From Aliivibrio fischeri ES114 (GTDB lineage: Bacteria > Pseudomonadota > Gammaproteobacteria > Enterobacterales > Vibrionaceae), in assembly GCF_000011805.1 (NCBI RefSeq), contig NC_006840.2: a stretch of DNA of 32,000 nucleotides; one strand, 5' to 3'. The notes below the pieces were generated by a model. It did no database searches, had not been told where the DNA came from, and saw only the letters and a list, made by a program, of their open reading frames with translations. The position numbers and the translations under genes were made by a program. Below, piece by piece: positions 1 through 9,266 of the stretch (position 1 is its first letter; the number at the start of each line of letters is the position of its first letter).

Positions 1-614
1 ATAACGCGTTATCTATTCTGCATTTCTTTAACCAAAAGTTAGGGAAATCAATGCCAGAATTACCAGCTCTGACTGAGCAAGTAAAAGAAACATTTAATCA
101 CGCTTTCTATAATGATAAAGGCTATTTAAACGATTGGATTAAAGGTGAGGAAGTGAACCAACAAATTCGTCCAAACCAAGCTTATGCTGTTGGTCTTCCT
201 TTCCCTATTTTAAGTGAAGAAAAAGCGCGTTCGGTTATTTTAAATATCTACCAGCACCTTTATACCCCGCTGGGTTTACGCTCTTTAGCGATGCAAGATC
301 CCGAGTTTAAATCGGTACATACTGGGTCTCATTATGATCGTGATATGGCTTACCACCAAGGTACCGTCTGGGGCTTTATGATTGGTCAGTTCCTGATGGG
401 TATTTTACGTCACTTCCCTAATGACGCGTCACTCATGCACATTGTCGAGCAGTTCATTTCTCATAACCAAGATGCGCTATCTGAAGGGTGTATTGGTCAA
501 TTAGCTGAAATTTATGATGGTTATTCACCTAACCAATCTCGTGGCTGTTTTGCTCAAGCTTGGAGCGTCAGCGAAGTGTTACGTGTTCTTAAACATTATG
601 AAGAACGTATCTAA
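1..614 (+). CDS. Glycogen debranching enzyme / amylo-alpha-1,6-glucosidase, C-terminal part (5' end outside window)
   Basis: Frame is open upstream of the listed ATG (51) to the window edge. Motif HTGSHYDRDMAYHQGTVWGFMIGQFL resembles the AYHQGTVWPW region of GDE C-terminal domains. Adjacent to a GH13 gene. Confidence 0.75.
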   Translation, partial: NALSILHFFNQKLGKSMPELPALTEQVKETFNHAFYNDKGYLNDWIKGEEVNQQIRPNQAYAVGLPFPILSEEKARSVILNIYQHLYTPLGLRSLAMQDPEFKSVHTGSHYDRDMAYHQGTVWGFMIGQFLMGILRHFPNDASLMHIVEQFISHNQDALSEGCIGQLAEIYDGYSPNQSRGCFAQAWSVSEVLRVLKHYEERI

Positions 615-647
615 CCATTACGAACTTAACGCTAAACGGTATTAATA

Positions 648-2480
648 ATGATTACAAAAGCAGCGATTTATCATCGATCTCACTCTAGTTATTCTTATGC
701 ATATGATAAGGATACGCTTCATTTGCGAATTCGTACCGCAAAAGGAGAAGTAGACAATGCGACGCTAAGAATTGGCGACCCATACGATTGGACTTTTGGT
801 GGCGGTGGCGGCAATTTAAATGCTGAAGACGCAAGCGGCTGGACAGGTGGAACCAACTTACCCATGATAAAAGAGTGTGAAACAGAACTGTTTGACTACT
901 GGTTTTGTGAAGCACAACCTCGCTTTTATCGTGCACGTTACGCTTTCCTTCTTGAAGGCAAAGACAGTGAAAAATTACTGGTAAGCGAAAAACTCATCAC
1001 CCAAATAACCGATGACGCCGATCCAATACTCAGTCAATTACTGAATTTTTATTGCTTCCCATACATGAACCCAACTGATGTGTTTAACGCACCAGAATGG
1101 GTTAAAGAAACCATTTGGTATCAAATTTTCCCAGAGCGTTTTGCTAATGGTGACCCATCTATCTCACCAAAAAATGTACTGCCTTGGGGATCTGAAGATC
1201 CAAAAACCAACAGTTTCTTTGGTGGCGATTTACAAGGGGTTATTGATCATCTTGATTACCTGCAAGATCTCGGTATTACTGGTATTTATTTCACACCTAT
1301 CACTCAAGGTGAAACGAACCATAAATACGACACCACCGATTATTTAAAAGTAGACCCCGCTTTTGGTAGTGATGAAACGGTTCATACTTTAATAGATGAA
1401 GCACATAAACGTGGCATGAAAGTCATGCTAGATGCGGTATTTAATCATATCGGTGCTAATTCAATTCAGTGGCAAGATGTCATTAAACATGGAAAAGACT
1501 CTCAATACATCGATTGGTTTTATGTCGAGCAATTTCCACTGATTGATGAGTCAAAAAAAGCGTACCACAGTAAAGAGCAATTAAATTATCGTGCCTTTGC
1601 TTTTGCGCAAAACATGCCAAAACTCAATACAGAAAATCCAGAAGTGATTGAATACCTAATTGAAGTTGGCCGCTACTGGGTGAAAAACTTTGACATTGAT
1701 GCATGGCGTTTAGATGTAGCAAACGAAGTTGATCAACGTTTTTGGCGACGCTTCCGTGATGAACTAAAAGCCATCAAACCTGAGTTATATATTTTAGGTG
1801 AAGTGTGGCACGACTCAATGAACTGGCTAGGTGGTGATCAGTTTGATGGCGTAATGAATTACCCATTAGCGGATGCCATGTTAGGCTTTTTTGCCCATGA
1901 CAACCTAAGTGCAAATCAGTTTAAATTTGCGGTAAATGACGTTAATGCCAACTACCCTATTAACGTGAATGAAGTGGCCTTTTCATTACTTGATAGCCAC
2001 GATACACCACGCATTATTAACCGATGCAACGGCAATAAAGAGAAAGCGAAGTTAGCCTATTTGTTCCAATTCACTCACAGTGGTACGCCTTGTATTTATT
2101 ACGGTGGTGAAATTGGGCTAGATGGCGGTGTTGATCCGCTTAACCGAAAATGCATGATTTGGGATGAACGTCAGCATGATATGAACATGAAACATCACAT
2201 CATGCAGCTCATCAAACTGCGTAAAGCTCACCCAGCGTTACGTGCTCATGCCATAAACTGGCTTGTGGTTGACGATGAACAACAGTGCTTTATCTACCAA
2301 AAAGAATATCAGGGTGAACGTATTATTATTGCTATGAACAACAGTAATGCCCCCGCTTGTATGACGCTTCCTAGTGAGTGGCGTGATCAAGAGGTCACCG
2401 ATATTTATCATGAAACCGCCGTTAAATTAACGCAAAGTTTGACGGTGCCTGCATTTGGCTTTGCTGTTTATCAGATTTAA
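648..2480 (+). CDS. GH13 family maltodextrin-degrading enzyme (cyclomaltodextrinase/neopullulanase/maltodextrin glucosidase type) with N-terminal CBM34-like domain
   Basis: 610 aa. GH13 motifs DAVFNH, DAWRLDVANEVD, LGEVWHDS and LLDSHDTPR. Confidence 0.92.
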   Translation: MITKAAIYHRSHSSYSYAYDKDTLHLRIRTAKGEVDNATLRIGDPYDWTFGGGGGNLNAEDASGWTGGTNLPMIKECETELFDYWFCEAQPRFYRARYAFLLEGKDSEKLLVSEKLITQITDDADPILSQLLNFYCFPYMNPTDVFNAPEWVKETIWYQIFPERFANGDPSISPKNVLPWGSEDPKTNSFFGGDLQGVIDHLDYLQDLGITGIYFTPITQGETNHKYDTTDYLKVDPAFGSDETVHTLIDEAHKRGMKVMLDAVFNHIGANSIQWQDVIKHGKDSQYIDWFYVEQFPLIDESKKAYHSKEQLNYRAFAFAQNMPKLNTENPEVIEYLIEVGRYWVKNFDIDAWRLDVANEVDQRFWRRFRDELKAIKPELYILGEVWHDSMNWLGGDQFDGVMNYPLADAMLGFFAHDNLSANQFKFAVNDVNANYPINVNEVAFSLLDSHDTPRIINRCNGNKEKAKLAYLFQFTHSGTPCIYYGGEIGLDGGVDPLNRKCMIWDERQHDMNMKHHIMQLIKLRKAHPALRAHAINWLVVDDEQQCFIYQKEYQGERIIIAMNNSNAPACMTLPSEWRDQEVTDIYHETAVKLTQSLTVPAFGFAVYQI

Positions 2481-2549
2481 ACGCTATAAGTAGCAATGTA
2501 TTGATAAGAAACATAAAATAGCTCTTTTCGATTAGTCTGAAGAGCTATT

Positions 2550-3485
2550 ATGTTTAAATTAATGCTTCAATTCATACAAGTTGCAAAAGCACAAAATGTT
2601 ACGCAAGCAGCGAACACCTTGTGCTTAAGCCAACCGACGTTAAGTCATAATATGCAAAAGCTAGAGGAAAAGCTGGGAAGCAAACTGTTTTATCGCAATT
2701 CAAAAGGGATCACCCTTACCTCTAGTGGCGAAGTGCTCTACGAGCAAGCTAAAATGATGCAGCATTTATACGAAAATACCCTTCATAAATTAGAAAAAAA
2801 TAAGTTACGGCACCAAACGGAATTAAAAATTGGTTGCGGTGATGCTTGGTGGCATCTATTTGTTCGGGACTGTGTTCAAGATTTTAGAGATACCAACCCT
2901 CACAGCAATATCACCATTGATGTAGGTGACCACTTGCAGTTAATGAACCTGCTCCTCAGTGATGAAATCAGCATTTTTGTCGGCCATGAAATATTAGGTC
3001 TGGCTCAATACGAAGATATCCTTTTCCACCCTCTATTTAGTAGTCATGAAGAAGTGTATGTTCGAAAAGATCATCCACTCTTAGAGCGAGTGTGTAGTGA
3101 CGAAGATATTGCCCGTTTTCCTTCAGTTGATTTAGGGGCATCAAAAAAACGCTATGCGCATCTCGTGCAACAACAAAACAATGAATTAAGTACCTTTCAA
3201 AAACGACACTACCTGCAAGAAAAGGTGATTTACAACACCAACTCCTTATTAACGGCGCTTGATTTACTGCAAAATAGTGACGCTATTTTGCCTTACCCAG
3301 TCGGCATGAAAGTGTATTTTGAAGGCTTTGGGATTGTGCCGTTAAAAATGAAGAAGTGCTTTGGTAAAGCGACGATTGGCGCTTATCTGCATAAAGATGG
3401 CCAGCAAAATAAACAAAGTATAGCGCTACTAGAACAATTTAAAGAGCTCATAAAAAACAACCCTCAAATTAAGGGCAAAGAATAG
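2550..3485 (+). CDS. LysR-family transcriptional regulator
   Basis: 311 aa. N-terminal HTH FIQVAKAQNVTQAANTLCLSQPTLSHNMQKLEEKLGSKLFYR is typical LysR. Confidence 0.92.
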   Translation: MFKLMLQFIQVAKAQNVTQAANTLCLSQPTLSHNMQKLEEKLGSKLFYRNSKGITLTSSGEVLYEQAKMMQHLYENTLHKLEKNKLRHQTELKIGCGDAWWHLFVRDCVQDFRDTNPHSNITIDVGDHLQLMNLLLSDEISIFVGHEILGLAQYEDILFHPLFSSHEEVYVRKDHPLLERVCSDEDIARFPSVDLGASKKRYAHLVQQQNNELSTFQKRHYLQEKVIYNTNSLLTALDLLQNSDAILPYPVGMKVYFEGFGIVPLKMKKCFGKATIGAYLHKDGQQNKQSIALLEQFKELIKNNPQIKGKE

Positions 3486-3492
3486 AAACAAT

Positions 3493-3522
3493 AAAGCCCA
3501 GAGCAGTACATATCTGGGCTTT
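3493..3522. terminator. Bidirectional Rho-independent terminator between convergent lysR and mgtE-like genes
   Basis: AAAGCCCAGA-10 nt-TCTGGGCTTTT hairpin. Confidence 0.8.
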
Positions 3523-3529
3523 TACTAGA

Positions 3530-4156
3530 TTAACCGATATCTAATATTGCAGAAGCGATAGCAAAATAAATCAATACACCAGAGATATCAGCAATGGATG
3601 TGATCATAGGGACACTGGCTGATGCAGGGTCCAAGTTGAGTTTATGCAAAACAAAAGGCAGAACAGTTCCAACCAAACTACCAATTAACACAATGGCTAC
3701 CATACTGATGCCGACGACCATAGCGATTTCATAACCACCACGATATAGCCCCAAAAAATAAACAGCGATTGCCATACTAAAACCAAGACCTAAAGCAACA
3801 AACACTTCTCTTGCTAACATTCGTCCCCAATCATTGGGATGAACATCACCAGTGGCCAGCGCTCGAACCATTAGTGTTGCTGATTGCGATCCTGCATTAC
3901 CACCGCTATCTATTAATAGTGGTAAAAAGAAAACCAACGCAACATATGAGGTAATGATCTCTTCAAAATACGCGATTCCAGCTCCTGAAAAAATATTTCC
4001 AAAAACTAAAATAACGAGCCAAAAAACGCGCTTTTTATAAAGTAAACCAATAGAAGCATTTTTGATGCTGATCCCCAAGTTTTCTGCATGTGTTTCTTTG
4101 TGCATCATCTTTGAAGTATCAGTGTTTGAAGTCGAATTTTTTTGTACAAATTCCAT
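3530..4156 (-). CDS. Stand-alone MgtE transmembrane-domain divalent cation (Mg2+) transporter, lacking N and CBS domains
   Basis: 208 aa, multi-TM, with MgtE-like motifs LVFFLPLLIDSGGNAGSQSATLMVRALATGDV and DPASASVPMITSIADISGVLIYF. Confidence 0.88.
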   Translation of the reverse strand: MEFVQKNSTSNTDTSKMMHKETHAENLGISIKNASIGLLYKKRVFWLVILVFGNIFSGAGIAYFEEIITSYVALVFFLPLLIDSGGNAGSQSATLMVRALATGDVHPNDWGRMLAREVFVALGLGFSMAIAVYFLGLYRGGYEIAMVVGISMVAIVLIGSLVGTVLPFVLHKLNLDPASASVPMITSIADISGVLIYFAIASAILDIG

Positions 4157-4158
4157 AA

Positions 4159-4197
4159 TACGTCCTCTGCTCTGAAGACGTAATTATCCTCAGAACA
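4159..4197 (-). promoter_or_regulatory. Candidate translational switch: two mutually exclusive hairpins over the mgtE SD
   Basis: Hairpin A: TGTTCTGAGG (4197-4188) with CTTCAGAGCA (4177-4168). Hairpin B: TACGTCTTC (4182-4174) with GAGGACGTA (4167-4159), sequestering SD GAGG. Shared segment CTTC (4177-4174). Confidence 0.55.
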
Positions 4198-4254
4198 TCA
4201 TTTATTTAATAAGTTAAACCACCAACTTGGGGGTTCCTGTAGATGTGTGTTCAT
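4198..4254 (-). CDS. Candidate 18-aa leader peptide MNTHLQEPPSWWFNLLNK upstream of mgtE-like gene
   Basis: ATG..TGA with an AAGGAA Shine-Dalgarno upstream. Ends 41 nt before the downstream ATG. Pro-Pro and Trp-Trp pairs. Confidence 0.5.
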   Translation of the reverse strand: MNTHLQEPPSWWFNLLNK

Positions 4255-4524
4255 GAGGTGTTCCTTATAGAAACGAAAAATAACCTGACCACTCTTTACT
4301 GGTTGAGTAATCTTGACGAGGGGACTCTAACGAATTCACTCTGTGGTTACCATTACGGACTGTAAGAATAAATGTCAGAGTTTGTATTTAGTTACATTAT
4401 TTGTTCTATCTTATTGATGTTAAAGTTCATCTTATAAATGAGAACGCAATCGATTGATTGGTTTGCTTAATAAAGGTAGAGCTTATACTCTATAAACATA
4501 ATTACTAAAAAAAGAATTACTTTT

Positions 4525-5574
4525 ATGAAATTACTTTCTCAATTGTTGCTATTCACTTCATTAACCTTCCCATTAAGCAGCTTTGCCGCTCTTGGTGAAC
4601 ATCCGATAATTTTGATCCATGGTTTCCAAGCAGGACAATTACAAACCAAACCTAATCATGACGCTGTTGTTGCTGATGGTAAAAATTACTGGCAAGACTA
4701 TTGGCTAGCCAAGGCCGATGATCGTATTGATTGGCCATCTCAAGAACGAGTAGCAGGAAAAATATCTACCGATTACATCTGGCCAAAACTCCAAGAGCTA
4801 TCTAAAAATAACACCTGTAAAAATGGTTGTATTTTAGTTACTCACTCTACTGGCGATTTGGTTGCTCGTCATTTGTTAGATAACCAAGAAAACTGGCTGA
4901 CTAATGCAGGCCTAACACCTTTAAAAATCATTGCGACGTTTGATTTTGCTGGTGCTGGTGGCGGTTCTGAATTAGGTGATCTTGCGATTAATATTTCAGA
5001 AGGCAGTGGGTATTTAAATGCCCCTCTAAAATACGCAATGTCACTATGGCTTGGGGAAGTGCCATCACCTAAAAATACGGGGGTTCTTAATGATTTAAAA
5101 GTAGCGAATGCTCGTCAAATAGCGGCGCTACCTGACAACCGTATCCCCAGAATTCGCTTTGTTGGTAAAGGCAGTGATTATGTTGGTTCAACAAGTCCAT
5201 TTTTATTAGGTAAAGATGATGGCGTAGTAGCGAGCCACTCTTCATGTGGGGCCAGTGAAGCTGGTAACTTTAATAGTTGCTCTATCAATGTCGCTTTTGA
5301 TGGAAAACTCTCCCCACAAGCAAACGCAGTGACTCAATTTATGCCTTTTCATTACCCAATGTTAATGGGAGATGATTACAGTCATAGCGGTCTAATTAGC
5401 AGTAAACATCAAGGTAAAATCACAGCAGTTAATCCTACACTAACATTACAAGATGGTAGCGTTATCAAAGTAGAAACCACAGATTCTGCATACTGGTTAA
5501 CAGGAAATGTCTATCGTTACGTCAATAATTCAGAAAACGCCACCATGTCAGAATTAGTCAGTGAGCTACTATAA
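4525..5574 (+). CDS. Secreted alpha/beta-hydrolase, triacylglycerol lipase-like
   Basis: Signal peptide MKLLSQLLLFTSLTFPLSSFA; oxyanion HGF motif (LIHGFQAG); nucleophile elbow THSTGD; late Asp/His (DDGVVASHS, HYPMLMGDDYSHSG). Confidence 0.8.
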   Translation: MKLLSQLLLFTSLTFPLSSFAALGEHPIILIHGFQAGQLQTKPNHDAVVADGKNYWQDYWLAKADDRIDWPSQERVAGKISTDYIWPKLQELSKNNTCKNGCILVTHSTGDLVARHLLDNQENWLTNAGLTPLKIIATFDFAGAGGGSELGDLAINISEGSGYLNAPLKYAMSLWLGEVPSPKNTGVLNDLKVANARQIAALPDNRIPRIRFVGKGSDYVGSTSPFLLGKDDGVVASHSSCGASEAGNFNSCSINVAFDGKLSPQANAVTQFMPFHYPMLMGDDYSHSGLISSKHQGKITAVNPTLTLQDGSVIKVETTDSAYWLTGNVYRYVNNSENATMSELVSELL

Positions 5575-6647
5575 TGAATAAAAATGCGTTTGTAATTGGA
5601 ACACTGCTGACTTGTTCAGCAGTGTTTTACCATTGGATAATCCAAGAAACGACACCGACCCCAGCGAAAGCTTCTCCTTTATCTAAAACGGAGAGTAAAT
5701 CTGTGTCGACAAACACCTTGCAGCCAAAACCACTCCACCAAAAGCAAGAGAGCCGCACAATAAAATCAATAACACCTGAACCTATCGATTCAGAATCAAC
5801 ACCAGAAGAAGTGAGTCAACAGTTCGCATTATTATCCCAAATATACGAACAAGAACTTCAATACCCTAGCTACTCTTTACCATTAACACCTAATAGCTAT
5901 AGCTACCTTGAACCCAATCACTTCACTGAAATTGCTTTGCCTGTATTAGATGGAAGCCACTCAGCCTCACTAGGATTAAGTAAATATCGTTTTAGTTACC
6001 CTGAACCTATTAGAGTGACCTTAAATTCTGATCTTAATGTTGACCATATTGAATACCAACTGATTGATATTGAAACTCAAAAGACGCTTGCTAGCCTATA
6101 TACTCAAGAGCTAAGCTTTGAATTTTCACCTAAACAAGATTGGCCACAAGAAGTTCGTATAAAAGCAAATATCTCTTTTGACCAAGGTGATGACGTATTA
6201 ACTGCAGATTTTCAGTTCTCTAACCCAATAGCCTTTGTTAACCAAGTATCAGCCCCTTACTCACAAGGCAGCGATATGATCATTCCTTTACAAGTTGATG
6301 TGAAAGAATCTGGTTTGTACCGAATTCGAGCTAACTTATATCAAAGTAATGGGAAACCAGTCGCTTCTCTTATGAATAAAATGCCTCTTACAACGGGTGA
6401 AGTGACATTTGAACTAAAAGCGCACCATTCTGTATTAAAAGAGAAAGGAAGTGATTTTGAGTTACGCAGCATTACCGTAGAAAAAATGTCAGGGTTTCCT
6501 GATGAGAAAACACATTACGGTATAAGTAAAGAGCAGAGCTACCCTCTCTCTTCTTTTGACGTATCTAGCTTAAATAATCAGCCTTATAAAATGTCAGAAG
6601 AAGAAAAGGAACGATTGGATTTTCTCGATGAGATCGCCCACCAATAA
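5574..6647 (+). CDS. Membrane-anchored/secreted protein of unknown function, translationally coupled to the lipase
   Basis: TAATG overlap with lipase stop (TAA 5572-5574, ATG 5574-5576); N-terminal hydrophobic segment FVIGTLLTCSAVFYHWII; low-complexity linker; beta-rich C-terminal part. Confidence 0.75.
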   Translation: MNKNAFVIGTLLTCSAVFYHWIIQETTPTPAKASPLSKTESKSVSTNTLQPKPLHQKQESRTIKSITPEPIDSESTPEEVSQQFALLSQIYEQELQYPSYSLPLTPNSYSYLEPNHFTEIALPVLDGSHSASLGLSKYRFSYPEPIRVTLNSDLNVDHIEYQLIDIETQKTLASLYTQELSFEFSPKQDWPQEVRIKANISFDQGDDVLTADFQFSNPIAFVNQVSAPYSQGSDMIIPLQVDVKESGLYRIRANLYQSNGKPVASLMNKMPLTTGEVTFELKAHHSVLKEKGSDFELRSITVEKMSGFPDEKTHYGISKEQSYPLSSFDVSSLNNQPYKMSEEEKERLDFLDEIAHQ

Positions 6648-6673
6648 AAAAGGAGATCGTACGATCTCCTTTT
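6648..6673. terminator. Bidirectional Rho-independent terminator
   Basis: AAAAGGAGATCGT/ACGATCTCCTTTT palindrome between convergent genes. Confidence 0.8.
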
Positions 6674-6693
6674 ATCATTTAATGAATCCCGAA

Positions 6694-8079
6694 TTAATTC
6701 AGCATTTCACCTTTGTACTCACCAGTTAAGGTTTTCAAATAAGCGCTAATATCTTCAACTTCACTTTTAGATAAAGTCACACCAACTTGGTATTGCGCCA
6801 TTGCAGCAACTGCGTCATCTAGTGTTTCGGCACTACCATCATGGAAATAAGGTGCTGTTAGTGCAATATTTCTTAGCGTCGGAACTTTAAAACGGTTCAT
6901 ATCATGTGCTTTACTCGTCACATTAAAACGACCATTATCCACCTCAGATACATTACCTCGCTCACCAAAGTAATCCGCTTTTAATCCCATGACTTCAAAC
7001 GTTTGTCCACCCATTGCTTGACCAGCATGACACGTCGAACATTTGTTTTGTTTAAATAATTCATAGCCGTGTTGCTCTTGCTCATTTAATGCTAATGCAT
7101 CGCCTTTTAAGAATTGGTCAAATCGGCTATTCGGAGTGATCAAGGTTTTCTCAAACTCAGCAATCGCATCGGTGATGTTTTCACCCGTGATCCCATCAGG
7201 GTAAATCTTAGCAAAGGTCGCTTTCATCTCTTCATCAAGTTCAAGCTTACCTGTAATTTGCTCCCATGATGCAGAACCCATCTCGATAGGATTCATCGGT
7301 GGCCCACCCGCTTGCTCTTGTAAGTCATTCGCACGACCATCCCAGAATTGGTGGATATTATAAGATGAGTTAAACACCGTCGGCGCATTAATTGGGCCTT
7401 TTGAACCATTAATACCCGTTGATGTAGTTAATCTATCTACTCCGCCCGTTGATAATGAATGACAGCTAGAACAAGCTACCGTGTTATCACCAGAAAGACG
7501 TTTATCGTGGTATAACGCATCACCTAATGCCACTTTTTGTTCATCTACAGTGACATGTGCGTTAATCGGTTGAACCGCTTCGTATTTATATTCACTACTA
7601 GCCAATGAGTGTTTATTCTTTTGTTCCTGCTTTATCCAAGCGCGTAGAGTATGTTTTTCTTCATTAGATAAACTTGATCTCCAGTGCATCGACAAATACG
7701 CTTTTGGTGGCATTGATTCATCATTCAATACACCACTGATTTTAGCTAAGGCAACATCTGAAACTTCATTGCCAACTTGAAAACTATTTAATACATCATC
7801 AAATTGGAAATGACGTAGTCCACTCTCCACATCTTTTTGCATGATCTGTTTAGCGATTGGAAAGTTAGCATAAAAAGGCATTTCGCTATTTTCAGTATGG
7901 CAGTAACCACAGCCGTTCTCTGTTAATACTTTAAACGCAGCAGAAGAGATTGGGTCATCTTTAATCTGTGCTTGAGCTAATTTTCTTTGGCTAAGCGCTT
8001 CATCTGATGAATCAACAATGTAAACCGTTCCAAGATAAGCAACGACGCCTAAACCAACTACTAATCCTATTTTTTTCAT
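6694..8079 (-). CDS. yhjA: Tri-heme cytochrome c peroxidase (YhjA/Ccp type)
   Basis: Three CxxCH motifs (CGYCH, CSSCH, CSTCH); N-terminal TM plus extra heme domain as in E. coli YhjA. The track start at 8139 is extended; MKKIGLVV at 8079 is preceded by a good SD (GGAGAT). Confidence 0.9.
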   Translation of the reverse strand: MKKIGLVVGLGVVAYLGTVYIVDSSDEALSQRKLAQAQIKDDPISSAAFKVLTENGCGYCHTENSEMPFYANFPIAKQIMQKDVESGLRHFQFDDVLNSFQVGNEVSDVALAKISGVLNDESMPPKAYLSMHWRSSLSNEEKHTLRAWIKQEQKNKHSLASSEYKYEAVQPINAHVTVDEQKVALGDALYHDKRLSGDNTVACSSCHSLSTGGVDRLTTSTGINGSKGPINAPTVFNSSYNIHQFWDGRANDLQEQAGGPPMNPIEMGSASWEQITGKLELDEEMKATFAKIYPDGITGENITDAIAEFEKTLITPNSRFDQFLKGDALALNEQEQHGYELFKQNKCSTCHAGQAMGGQTFEVMGLKADYFGERGNVSEVDNGRFNVTSKAHDMNRFKVPTLRNIALTAPYFHDGSAETLDDAVAAMAQYQVGVTLSKSEVEDISAYLKTLTGEYKGEMLN

Positions 8080-8329
8080 TATTATCTCCTGCAATACGAA
8101 TATGCGCACACGATAAAGTGAAAAAAAGAGGCTTACCAAGGAAGAAATATCATGAGAATCATCGCTTTAATCGATACTTCAAAAATGCAACATTAAATAA
8201 CCTTACTTTTCATGATGATAAATTACACTCGGCTTTTATATGTGTAATTTTTGTTAAATTATTAGCAACCAATTCCTTATTTCAGATCAATTTTATAAAT
8301 TCATTTTTTAAACTAAAAATACACAAAAA

Positions 8330-8360
8330 GCCCATGATATGCATATTACACATCATGGGC
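8330..8360 (-). terminator. Rho-independent terminator downstream of pdxY
   Basis: GCCCATGAT...ATCATGGGC followed on the minus strand by TTTTT. Confidence 0.8.
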
Positions 8361-8396
8361 TCTTCTATTTTATTTGTGATTTTTATATCGAGCTAA

Positions 8397-9266
8397 TTAC
8401 GCGACTTTTTCTGCTTTTACGATAATTTCAGGAGCATTAAAACGTTCTTGTGATGCGATAAGTTGCAGTTCATACGCGCCGCGATTGAAGGTTTCTTGCA
8501 TAACAGAATCAACGGCTGCATTAGTACGTTCAAACGCATCAATTGGAGAGTAACCTGCCATTAAGTTCGCAAGCATCACACCGCTAATTAAGTCACCTGC
8601 GCCTACGGGTTGACGCTTTGCATCAAAATCATATAAAGGACGAGAAACGTGGTAGCTTCCATCTTCAGTCGTTAATAACATTTCAAAGCGATCTTTTTGA
8701 ATACCAGCACGGCTTAAATGTTTCACCACCACCATTTTAACACCCTTCTCAAGTAATTGATTATTCGCTTCAATCACTTGATCTAAGGTGTTAATTGTCA
8801 TGCCAGTTAAGCTTTCTAGTTCTAATAAATTAGGCGCGATAATATCCGCAGAACTTAAAGCTGATTCTTTAAAGAAGGTTTCTACTTCAGGAGCAACAAT
8901 GCAGCCTTTTTCAGGATGACCCATTACCGGATCACAAAAGTAAATTGCGTTTGGATTATCTTGTTTGATTTTGTTTACCGCAGTAACAATCTCTTGACCT
9001 TGCGCTGCTGAACCTAAGTAACCACTTAACACGGCATCACAAACTTGAGTCGCTTCAATTGCTGATAAACCATCAACTAATTCTGAAATGTGGCCAGCAG
9101 GCATTGCGATGCCTTTCCAACCTTGTTGATATTGTGTGTGATTTGAAAACTGTACCGTATTAATAGGCCATACTTCCATTCCCATTCTTCGCATTGGAAA
9201 AACCGCAGCACTGTTGCCTGCGCAACCAAATACCACATGAGACTGAATGGAAAGAATACGTTTCAT
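8397..9266 (-). CDS. pdxY: Pyridoxal kinase PdxY
   Basis: Strong similarity to E. coli PdxY: QSHVVFGCAGNSAAVFPMRRMG, YFCDPVMGHPEKGCIVAP, PVGAGDLISG. Confidence 0.95.
   Translation of the reverse strand: MKRILSIQSHVVFGCAGNSAAVFPMRRMGMEVWPINTVQFSNHTQYQQGWKGIAMPAGHISELVDGLSAIEATQVCDAVLSGYLGSAAQGQEIVTAVNKIKQDNPNAIYFCDPVMGHPEKGCIVAPEVETFFKESALSSADIIAPNLLELESLTGMTINTLDQVIEANNQLLEKGVKMVVVKHLSRAGIQKDRFEMLLTTEDGSYHVSRPLYDFDAKRQPVGAGDLISGVMLANLMAGYSPIDAFERTNAAVDSVMQETFNRGAYELQLIASQERFNAPEIIVKAEKVA

Noticed and set aside
4157-4440. M-box (ykoK) Mg2+ riboswitch upstream of the MgtE-like gene
   Set aside because: The GUUAGGUGAGGCUCC-type conserved core is absent; the leader looks like a uORF plus switching hairpins instead.
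8007-8396. 129-aa + strand ORF
   Set aside because: Overlaps the yhjA 5' end and the pdxY terminator, has no SD, and has a low-complexity composition typical of AT-rich intergenic read-through.
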